Source: a virus
DNA length: 64,000 bases
IMG/VR virus record: IMGVR_UViG_3300029319_000006
Coordinates: 1 to 64,000 of that record
Direction: 5' to 3' (one strand)
The notes under the pieces: generated by a model
Seen by the model: the letters and a program-made list of their open reading frames with translations, nothing else
What the model was told of the DNA's origin: nothing
Databases searched by the model: none
Translations under genes and position numbers: made by a program
Shown here: piece by piece, positions 56,096 through 64,000 of the stretch
Layout of the letters: each line of letters begins with the position of its first letter
Numbering within the stretch: the first letter of the stretch is position 1

Positions 56096-57706
56096 TTATA
56101 CCGATAGTCCGGCAACTTCTTCGAAGTCAACCCCAGATCTTACGGCTACAAAATTAAGAGTGATGTAGTTGATTGAGCGTGCAGGCTTAATGAATACATT
56201 AGCCACAAATTCATTTCTATCAATGACTGCAGCTGTATTATTTGTAGCATCACAAACTACTCTAAAGTCTGTAATACCTCTCCTTCCTTTTACTTCTCTC
56301 AAGAAAGGTTCTACAATATTTACAAACTCTGCTCGAGTAAATTCATCATTCAATTCGAATAATGTATTTCTAGCAGCGAGTGCAATAGCTCTTTCAATTA
56401 CATTGAATAATCTTCTAACATTTATTCTATCAAATGCTGAAGGTCTATTCATATGTGTTTTATCTCCAAATAGCAATACACCTTGTCCAGGTAAATTAGC
56501 TATTGGATTGATACTAGCTTTATAAAGAGTATCTCTTTCAGATTTAGGAGGTGTGTAAGCTAAACTCGTAACTCCTAAATAAGCTCCTCTTCTAGGTCCA
56601 GCTGGTGAAAACCAAGGTGCAGCGTTTGCATCTGAAGCTGCCATAATACCAGCTGTTGAAGATGCTGCTGGAATATGAATAAATTTATCATTGAATTTAT
56701 CATATACCTTTAAGTAATTATTATCACATACAGCGTATGAACTAAATGTTACAGCATCTAAGTCAGTTACAGCTGAAGCAGTTGGAGTTGCATTTCCTAC
56801 AATAGAATTTTTAGCAGGAGAAGCTACAACAACACAATCTTTACGTGATGCTGCAGTTGCAATTAAATCATTAACTACAGTAGCATTTGTTCCTGATGCT
56901 AATGACATTGGAGCTATTAGAAAATCAAGTTCAATTGTATCTTTATCTTCAAATTGATCAAAAGCTCTAAATAAGTCATCTGTTCCTACAGTAGAACCAT
57001 CAAGTCCTCCTACTAAGGATATGTTACCAGCTGAATCTGCTAATGCATGAGAGTTAATTCTCACCCAATTTGAAGCTCTATTAATCACTTCTTTGAAATA
57101 ATTACTTGATCCATCTGCATTAGTAGCTGTAGATAATCCTGAAACGAATGGATATCTTTCAAGAACTTCTCCAGCAGTTCCTGTAATGACACCATCTTGA
57201 TCTAATACAAGAACATGCCTTTCATTTCCTGTTGGAGCTTTATCAAATTCTGCTTTGAATGAAGCTGATTTTCCTGCAAAATTTACTGCTCCAGCCCATT
57301 CAACTTTTAAGGAATTTCCTAAAAGTCCTGGATATTTTGCAAAAATTTTTCCTGTTGAATAAGTACCTTGTTCATAATCAGTATTATTTTTGATTAGAAC
57401 TGCTGCTGCTGAACTATCACATGCATTTCTTGCAGAAGCGTCAGCTGCTCTTGATACTTGTAGTTGATTAGAATATTTTAAAAAGTATGAAGCAGATAAA
57501 AAATCTGCGGCATAACTATCTGATGGAGATCCAAACGTATCAGCAAGAGACTTTTCATTTTGAATAAGTGTTGCTTCTTCTACAGGACCCCATTTGAATG
57601 ATCCGCCAAAAGCGCCTGTTGTCGACTGGACATTGGGTACCACACCCGATAGGTCGACTTCTTTGACGACAATAGCTGGAGATTCTGAAGGTGTACCAAT
57701 TGCCAT
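56096..57706 (-). CDS. 18: tail sheath protein (gp18)
   Basis: WGPV, PWFSPAG, FDRINVRRLF, IKPARSIN. Confidence 0.95.
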   Translation of the reverse strand: MAIGTPSESPAIVVKEVDLSGVVPNVQSTTGAFGGSFKWGPVEEATLIQNEKSLADTFGSPSDSYAADFLSASYFLKYSNQLQVSRAADASARNACDSSAAAVLIKNNTDYEQGTYSTGKIFAKYPGLLGNSLKVEWAGAVNFAGKSASFKAEFDKAPTGNERHVLVLDQDGVITGTAGEVLERYPFVSGLSTATNADGSSNYFKEVINRASNWVRINSHALADSAGNISLVGGLDGSTVGTDDLFRAFDQFEDKDTIELDFLIAPMSLASGTNATVVNDLIATAASRKDCVVVASPAKNSIVGNATPTASAVTDLDAVTFSSYAVCDNNYLKVYDKFNDKFIHIPAASSTAGIMAASDANAAPWFSPAGPRRGAYLGVTSLAYTPPKSERDTLYKASINPIANLPGQGVLLFGDKTHMNRPSAFDRINVRRLFNVIERAIALAARNTLFELNDEFTRAEFVNIVEPFLREVKGRRGITDFRVVCDATNNTAAVIDRNEFVANVFIKPARSINYITLNFVAVRSGVDFEEVAGLSV

Positions 57707-57771
57707 GTCTTTTCCTCTTTCCAGTAATCGAATTATAAGTTTTTTTTCATAATACGGAGTTCAATTACCAA

Positions 57772-57779
57772 TATTTATA
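57772..57779 (-). promoter_or_regulatory. late promoter TATAAATA
   Basis: Exact consensus before gp18. Confidence 0.75.
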
Positions 57780-57790
57780 ATTCTTAATAT

Positions 57791-59392
57791 TTAGTAGGGA
57801 GTTCCCCACTCTTCTACCCATTTTTTAGTAGACCATTGATCTTGACGTTCTTGTTGTTCAGCATGATCTAATCCATCATCAATGTGTCCAAATGGTAAAA
57901 CATCATCTTCAATTACTTTCATTTGTTGTTTAAATAACATATCTTTGATATCAACATCTGTTAATGTAGAGAAATAACTTCCTGTAGCAAAGTATGCAAA
58001 CATTACTAAATTCATCATTAAATCATCATGGTTACCATCAGATGCTTCATATGATACACCTTTAGATACAAAAGTGGATATTTCTAATATTGTATTCTCA
58101 TCTACAATTTTCAATTTGTTTTCTTCTAATAAATCTTTGATTCCTGAACATCCTATTCTTTTTACTTTACGATTCATTTCAATACCAATTCTACTAGATT
58201 TTACTGTAGACTCCATGAATAAATTTTCATATTCTAAATCATTATATAAACCATTTGTAACTAATGTTCCTTGATCATTTGATTCTACAACAACCCAAGC
58301 ATTATTATAGAATTTTGCATACTTATATATAATGTCAGGGAAGAGTAACGGAGAGATAAGGTTATTGCGATATACAGCAACTTGCTCAAAAGGCCGTGTG
58401 CTAATATCGATCAAAGTAAATGTAGAATAATCCTGTCCTCTTCCTTTAGAAACATCAACAGTCATCACATATTGATGATCTGTTTGAGGTTCTTTGTATA
58501 TAAAGGTACTATTTCCCTCTGATATTTTTTTAGGTGGTTGTGCCCTCATTCCCATTAATGTTTCTGCATTAATAAGAGTGTCTCCAGTTCCAAAAAATGT
58601 ATTACCAAATTCTTGATCAAATTGTAATTGAGAAGTATTTGCAATTGTTTCTTGTTTCCATTTTTTATCCCTTCCTGGAACATCCCACCAATCAACACGA
58701 AATGGTTTAAACTCATTTACTCTTTGTATAGCTCCTGTCCATATTTTTTCAAATTGATTACCTATTCCATTAGCAGTAGATGTAATTACAACTTTTGTAT
58801 CTTTACCAGAAGAAATAACTGGATATGTAGATGTATAAAATTCTGAAGCATTTTCAACAAAAGCAAACTCATCAAGGTATAATAAATTTACAGACATACC
58901 TCTAATAGAAGATCCAGATGTTGCTGCAGATATAACTCTACTATTATTACTAAATTCTATACTTCTTTTATTTAAAGCCTTACATCCTGGTTGTAAAAAG
59001 AATGGTAAGTTTTCTAACATAAGAGTTATTCTACTTAACATTTCTTGAGCAGTAGCTCCTTTGTTTGCTAAAATAGCAACAACTTTTTCTGGATTAAATA
59101 TAGCATACCATAATAAAAAGGCAACAGAAGAAATAGATTTTCCTGATTGTCTACAAGCTAATATTATAGAAAATCTGTTATCATTAAAATGTTTGAACAT
59201 TTTTTCTTGATAAGGATATAATTTGAATGGTACTAAACCTAGATCAACATGAATAATTTTACAATAATTTTCAGCAAAATAAGCTGGTGAATCCATACAT
59301 TTTTTATATTCACTTACTTCATCAAGTGTAAAATTAGTAATAACACCATCTTTTTTGACATTGACATTACCTAAATAAGTTTCATTATTCAT
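57791..59392 (-). CDS. 17: terminase large subunit (gp17)
   Basis: RQSGKS, YLDEFAF, STANG, HDDLMM. Confidence 0.97.
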   Translation of the reverse strand: MNNETYLGNVNVKKDGVITNFTLDEVSEYKKCMDSPAYFAENYCKIIHVDLGLVPFKLYPYQEKMFKHFNDNRFSIILACRQSGKSISSVAFLLWYAIFNPEKVVAILANKGATAQEMLSRITLMLENLPFFLQPGCKALNKRSIEFSNNSRVISAATSGSSIRGMSVNLLYLDEFAFVENASEFYTSTYPVISSGKDTKVVITSTANGIGNQFEKIWTGAIQRVNEFKPFRVDWWDVPGRDKKWKQETIANTSQLQFDQEFGNTFFGTGDTLINAETLMGMRAQPPKKISEGNSTFIYKEPQTDHQYVMTVDVSKGRGQDYSTFTLIDISTRPFEQVAVYRNNLISPLLFPDIIYKYAKFYNNAWVVVESNDQGTLVTNGLYNDLEYENLFMESTVKSSRIGIEMNRKVKRIGCSGIKDLLEENKLKIVDENTILEISTFVSKGVSYEASDGNHDDLMMNLVMFAYFATGSYFSTLTDVDIKDMLFKQQMKVIEDDVLPFGHIDDGLDHAEQQERQDQWSTKKWVEEWGTPY

Positions 59393-59744
59393 CTGTCTTA
59401 TAGTCATTAATGTCAACTACTTTTTCCTCATTATCTTTTTTTAACAACATACGTTGTAAATCACTAGTAGAACCAATAAAGACGTTATTATTAGTTGTGT
59501 TGGGAATTTCTTTTACTTTATCATCTGGTTTATCATAATCTTTTTTCTTTTTATGTAGATCCATTAAAGAATCACTTATTTCACCAATATTTTTTATCAT
59601 ACCAGACATAACTTCAAATGCTCTAGGATGTTCGGTAGCTTTGGCCACATCAACCATATCATCTAAAGCTGCAGAACCTTTTGCTAAAAGTTCATGTTTG
59701 ATTTGCCTTGCGTATTCAAAATCATTTTTTGCGTTATCAGACAT
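59385..59744 (-). CDS. 16: terminase small subunit (gp16)
   Basis: EHPRAFEV, NNVFIGSTSDLQ. Confidence 0.9.
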   Translation of the reverse strand: MSDNAKNDFEYARQIKHELLAKGSAALDDMVDVAKATEHPRAFEVMSGMIKNIGEISDSLMDLHKKKKDYDKPDDKVKEIPNTTNNNVFIGSTSDLQRMLLKKDNEEKVVDINDYKTDE

Positions 59745-59745
59745 T

Positions 59746-60543
59746 TTAACTACTATCAAAATCGAATAGAGAAGCATAATCAGCAGAATCATTAAATCCA
59801 AAATCACTATCTGCGGATACACTAAATGGTTGTGGTCTTGTTCTAAACTTAGCTACTTGTAAATCAGAATCTCTTAGTCCTCTATTTATTTCAAACATAT
59901 TGGTTTCTGCTGTTCTAATAACTTTAGATTCAGCAATTGGACCATAAAAATTTATTCTCATATCAAATGTTAGAGTATATATTATTGTTCTTCTTTGTTC
60001 TAATGATCCTTCAAAATCATCAGCAAAATCTACTCCTGTTAAAGCTATTGGAATATCTTCTTTTACATTTGGAAAATCAGTACCAAAAGGTTTTATTGTT
60101 ACTGAATATTGAGGATTAAAAAATGGTAAAATTTGTTCAACAATTTGTAAACAATCATCTTGACTTTTTGCATATATACTTAATTGAAATCCAATATTAT
60201 ATGGAACAAAAGTATAAAATTTATTTCTTAGAGCACTTGTTGAACCTGATTGTTGAAAAGTATTAGTTTTTTGTAATTGTCTTCCTGCATCATAATTAAT
60301 TGATATAATCTCAAACGACATACGTGGTAGTTTTATAGCTACTTTTGTATTAGTATCTAAATCTGGATTTTCTCTGATTCTTTCTAAATATTTTCTACTT
60401 GGTGCATAAGATAAAGGAACTTTTACTTGAGAAATAACTTTCCCAGCACTATCTTTTCTTAGAACATAAAGATTGTTGAAAAGAGTACCAAATACTGCTA
60501 CACTTTTTCTTAATCTCTGATGATAAAACCATGTTCCAAACAT
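59746..60543 (-). CDS. 15: tail sheath stabiliser (gp15)
   Basis: FGTLFNN, LPRMSFE, QIVEQILPFF.P. Confidence 0.93.
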   Translation of the reverse strand: MFGTWFYHQRLRKSVAVFGTLFNNLYVLRKDSAGKVISQVKVPLSYAPSRKYLERIRENPDLDTNTKVAIKLPRMSFEIISINYDAGRQLQKTNTFQQSGSTSALRNKFYTFVPYNIGFQLSIYAKSQDDCLQIVEQILPFFNPQYSVTIKPFGTDFPNVKEDIPIALTGVDFADDFEGSLEQRRTIIYTLTFDMRINFYGPIAESKVIRTAETNMFEINRGLRDSDLQVAKFRTRPQPFSVSADSDFGFNDSADYASLFDFDSS

Positions 60544-60545
60544 TG

Positions 60546-60806
60546 TTAACCTTTATAAATTTTTTGTAAATGATCTTCAAATGCTTCTACTTTAGCTAGT
60601 CTATCTGGCCAAAGAATATATTCTTTTTCAGGATTCTTCTTCAAATTGTTTAGTAACGGTACAATTGCATTATAAAGATTATCTAATCTATCTCTTGTAG
60701 CAGTAGCATCAGTAGATACTGATTCAGCTTTTTTAGTGGCTGTTTGAACAGCTTCTAACTCTTCTTCATCAACTGCTGTAAAACCAAAATCAAATATATC
60801 AGACAT
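60546..60806 (-). CDS. conserved hypothetical protein
   Basis: DFGFTAVDE, LKKNPEKEYI.WP. Confidence 0.7.
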   Translation of the reverse strand: MSDIFDFGFTAVDEEELEAVQTATKKAESVSTDATATRDRLDNLYNAIVPLLNNLKKNPEKEYILWPDRLAKVEAFEDHLQKIYKG

Positions 60807-60934
60807 TATTCACACTTTACACATTTACATCCTGTACAAACATCATTTGCACATTCTAAACATTCTTTCTCACAATGAGATGGATGATCACATTTTTTAC
60901 ATTTATTTTCATATGTTATTTCTCTAAGTAACAT
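60806..60934 (-). CDS. 42-aa Cys-rich metallothionein-like peptide
   Basis: MLLREITYENKCKKCDHPSHCEKECLECANDVCTGCKCVKCE; TAATG overlap at both ends. Confidence 0.75.
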   Translation of the reverse strand: MLLREITYENKCKKCDHPSHCEKECLECANDVCTGCKCVKCE

Positions 60935-61839
60935 TAATTATTCTCCGGATCACCAAATGGATTGTCCTCACTAAAATCTAAGAAATCGGATGTAGCTGTT
61001 TTAAAATCAGTATTCTGTTCATTTTGCGATATCTGATTATCTTGACTCAGTATAGTACTTATAGTAGCTAAAGAAACATTTCCGGCACTATCTTGTGGAA
61101 GAGAACCAACAACTTGCCTTCCTGTTATAAAATTATGAAATTTTCCATCACTTGCTCCAACATGTATTAATCCTAATTCTCTACTTGTAGGATTCCAACT
61201 TGAAACTTCTCCAGACATTATAGTACCTGATGCTAATGTTTGTGTAACATTTTCTCCTATAAAGAATCCTTGACTTGCACTATCTAATCTAAAATTATAT
61301 TCGTATGCATATGAAGTCTCTATATTATCTATTACATCAACACCAGTATCAAGATCTTCATCATTATACTCAAATAACTCACAGCGAAGTTTATAAGTTA
61401 CTAAATTACTTAATTGATAAAAAGGTTGTTCATGTTCAACATGCATAATTTGAAATAATGAATTTGATAATGGTAAGTATACCAAATCTCCTTCTTTAGG
61501 TCTAACTGAATTAATGTCGTTATCAATTCTACTAATGGTATTTTTCCATCTTCGTCTTGCAACAACAAAAGTAGCTTGATCTCTTATCTCAACTCCAAAT
61601 CTTGTAAAGAGATCTCCTTCACCATCAAACGCATCAGTATTTTCTAAATACATTTCTATTTTATAAGAAGCACTAAACTTAGAAGGAACATCATCACCAA
61701 AAACTCTATCTTCATTTACTATAGTTCTTGGAAGATAGTAAACATCTTGACCATACATCTTTAGAGATTCTATAACAATATCTTCGTATAGATTTTGTTC
61801 TGATCTTACTTTTTGACTAAAATGTAAATTGGTAGCCAT
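60934..61839 (-). CDS. 14: neck protein (gp14)
   Basis: YGQDVYYLPR, RPKEGDLVY.P, PFYQL, DFSE.NPFG. Confidence 0.93.
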   Translation of the reverse strand: MATNLHFSQKVRSEQNLYEDIVIESLKMYGQDVYYLPRTIVNEDRVFGDDVPSKFSASYKIEMYLENTDAFDGEGDLFTRFGVEIRDQATFVVARRRWKNTISRIDNDINSVRPKEGDLVYLPLSNSLFQIMHVEHEQPFYQLSNLVTYKLRCELFEYNDEDLDTGVDVIDNIETSYAYEYNFRLDSASQGFFIGENVTQTLASGTIMSGEVSSWNPTSRELGLIHVGASDGKFHNFITGRQVVGSLPQDSAGNVSLATISTILSQDNQISQNEQNTDFKTATSDFLDFSEDNPFGDPENN

Positions 61840-61841
61840 TA

Positions 61842-62594
61842 TTACCCCACAAAGAAATCAACTGGTAATTCAGCATCTGATCTTATTTTTTCTCTAAGTC
61901 GTTCTAATTCTTGGGTAGCATCATCATATATTTGTCTACCATTAAGTTGAACTCCTCCAGGTAAGACCATACCATCAAATTTAACTAAATTTTGACCCCA
62001 TTGTTGTTTTATTAATTGTGTAGTATATTCCTTTAACCACATATCATTCCATACTGATGTATAGGTAGCTTCATCTACATGAAGATGAGTTTCAATTATA
62101 ATGTATTCGCCTGCTTTGATATCTTCTTCTTCAAACTCTCCATGTATATACAATCTGTTTTGTTTTCTTACAAAATCTATTTGTGGTGCACCATTTAATT
62201 TATTGTCTAATAATGACAAATATTGTTGTATTTGTTCATAATATGCTAAATCTCCTACATAAGAATGCATATTAGCAATATCATTTAGATGCATTTGATA
62301 TTTTATACTAAACATATTTCTAGAATATAAAGATGAACTTACTCTAAACATTTTAGTTACAAATATAGTTCCTGTTGGTAATGTAATAAATTTGTTAGTA
62401 ACATCAGAAGCAGTTACTAGATGTTTTGTATAAGCTCTAAAAGTTGCATCACTGTGATATTCTCTATAGTATTGAAGTGCTTCATCAACACGATCATCTA
62501 CTTGATCATCATCTACATTAATTTCTGTTACAGGAGCTCCCAATCTCCTTTTACAATAATCTATTAATGTTGCTCTACTAGTTGGTGTAGCCAT
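61842..62594 (-). CDS. 13: neck protein (gp13)
   Basis: RRLGAP...INV, QWGQNL.KF.G..LPGG. Confidence 0.93.
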   Translation of the reverse strand: MATPTSRATLIDYCKRRLGAPVTEINVDDDQVDDRVDEALQYYREYHSDATFRAYTKHLVTASDVTNKFITLPTGTIFVTKMFRVSSSLYSRNMFSIKYQMHLNDIANMHSYVGDLAYYEQIQQYLSLLDNKLNGAPQIDFVRKQNRLYIHGEFEEEDIKAGEYIIIETHLHVDEATYTSVWNDMWLKEYTTQLIKQQWGQNLVKFDGMVLPGGVQLNGRQIYDDATQELERLREKIRSDAELPVDFFVG

Positions 62595-62604
62595 TTGTTT
62601 ATCC

Positions 62605-63909
62605 TTAATTTAATAATGAACCAGATGCATCATAAACATTTATTCTATAGTATGATCCGTGTTGACCATCTAATAAATCAGCATCTAATCCATTTCCAGC
62701 TCCGTCTCTTGTTTTTATATCTGTGTATATTGTTGCTCCATATAATGAAGTTAATTCTGCTGAATCTATTTTTATATCACCAGAAGATAAACCTATTCCA
62801 GTTCCTCCTGTAAAATGTGCTCTAACTTCACTTGCAGAAGGTCCTGTATATGTTATAACTCCTGTTCCAGAATTGTAAGCCAGAGATCCATCTCCACCAG
62901 CATCTGTAATTGTTATAGCACCTCTAGCTCTAGAATTTAAAAAGTATAAATTACTTCCTTCTGATAAATCACTTGTACTAAAGGATGTAAGTCCTATTCT
63001 AGCATTTAATGTAGATCCACTTGTAGTTCCTAATGCCATTGTAGCATTTGCAGAATCAAAAGTTAATGATGAAACACCAGCAATAGGAACAACACCAATA
63101 CTATCAATAAATCCACTTGCATCTACTTTTATTTTAGGAACAAATGAATTACTTCCATAAGATCCAGCTACTCCAGATTGAGATGTTCTTGCTAGATATT
63201 TTACAGATAATTTACCATTTGCACTATCTTTAGATGTTATAACTCCAGATGTTGGAAGTGTTACTGATGTAGCTCCTGTTGTAGTAAGAGCTATAGAATT
63301 TCCTACTGTAGTAGAAAAACCATCTCCAAATGTTACATCTCCATAAATTTTAAAAGCTCTATCAGCATTCAAAACATCTATTGTAATAGTTCTATCAGCA
63401 GATAAATTATTACCCACAACAGCATTATCTGATACAAATCTAGTTTCAAAGTTTGTATTAGAAACATCTCTTAATCCAAATGTAGTAATATCTGTTATTG
63501 ATCCAGCTTCGATTGATGGAGTTGTTAATGTTGCTGAAGTTAATGTTTTATTAGTAAGAGTTTCAATACCATTAATAGTAGCAAAATTAGCACCTGATAA
63601 AGCAGCATTGAATTGACCTATAGTACCAGATAATGTATTATTAGTTAAGTTAAAAGTTTTATTAGTTAGTGTTTGAGACGAAGTTAGTGTAGGAATCTCA
63701 CTTGAATCTATTCTAATAATAACATCTTGATTCCTTGCTCCAGTCGGAACAATTTCCATACCTCCACCGTCAGTCAATGCTCTGACATAGTTACCACTAG
63801 TATTAGAATCTAGTTTTATTATTTGACTTTGTACAATGTTTATAGTAGTATTAGAGTCTAGCCCTGCAGCTAGAGATGTACTTAAAAATGTACTAAGATT
63901 TTTTACCAT
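62605..63909 (-). CDS. virion structural / fibre-like protein
   Basis: TLTNKT repeats, DLSEGSNLYF, GLDADLLDG. Confidence 0.7.
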   Translation of the reverse strand: MVKNLSTFLSTSLAAGLDSNTTINIVQSQIIKLDSNTSGNYVRALTDGGGMEIVPTGARNQDVIIRIDSSEIPTLTSSQTLTNKTFNLTNNTLSGTIGQFNAALSGANFATINGIETLTNKTLTSATLTTPSIEAGSITDITTFGLRDVSNTNFETRFVSDNAVVGNNLSADRTITIDVLNADRAFKIYGDVTFGDGFSTTVGNSIALTTTGATSVTLPTSGVITSKDSANGKLSVKYLARTSQSGVAGSYGSNSFVPKIKVDASGFIDSIGVVPIAGVSSLTFDSANATMALGTTSGSTLNARIGLTSFSTSDLSEGSNLYFLNSRARGAITITDAGGDGSLAYNSGTGVITYTGPSASEVRAHFTGGTGIGLSSGDIKIDSAELTSLYGATIYTDIKTRDGAGNGLDADLLDGQHGSYYRINVYDASGSLLN

Positions 63910-64000
63910 TTATGCTTGTGCCTCTGACCATTTAAGTTCGATCGTTCCGTCACCTCGACCCGCCAAGAAGAAAATATTAATAGCTAAAATATCAGGTCCA
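63910..64000 (-). CDS. C-terminus of an upstream structural protein (partial)
   Basis: Open frame ending ...GPDILAINIF...LKWSEAQA-stop. Confidence 0.6.
   Translation of the reverse strand, partial: GPDILAINIFFLAGRGDGTIELKWSEAQA

Noticed and set aside
1-64000. CRISPR arrays, introns/inteins, transposases, stop-codon reassignment
   Set aside because: No repeat-spacer arrays seen; core genes are uninterrupted and of normal length under the standard code.

Overview
AT-rich segment of a large T4-like (myovirus) phage genome, almost entirely on the minus strand. The right half holds the virion module (gp13-gp23, gp3) and the T4-type replication/recombination core (uvsY, uvsW, gp55, gp47/46/45/44/62, regA, gp43, uvsX, gp41, thyX). 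The left half is accessory. It has a 7-deazaguanine DNA-modification cluster (folE, queD, queE, a second QueD-like gene, DpdA-like; no queC in the window), interrupted by three late, His-rich internal-head-protein-like genes. It also has a nutrient-uptake island (PstS, PiT-like permease, BMP-family binding protein, porin-like protein), a circularly permuted two-piece tmRNA with an alphaproteobacterial-type tag (ANDNFAPSDYALAA), and many auxiliary metabolic genes. The tmRNA, a COX-IV-like gene and a ROSE-like element point to an alphaproteobacterial, probably marine, host (inference). The most unusual item is a catalytic-domain-only Asx-tRNA-synthetase paralogue immediately followed by a non-canonical tRNA (Asn GUU anticodon, U1-A72, G73, but a long class II variable arm and U37). 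A translationally coupled 42-aa, 9-Cys metallothionein-like gene, missed by the ORF track, lies between the neck genes. All protein calls come from motif recognition and gene order, not database searches.
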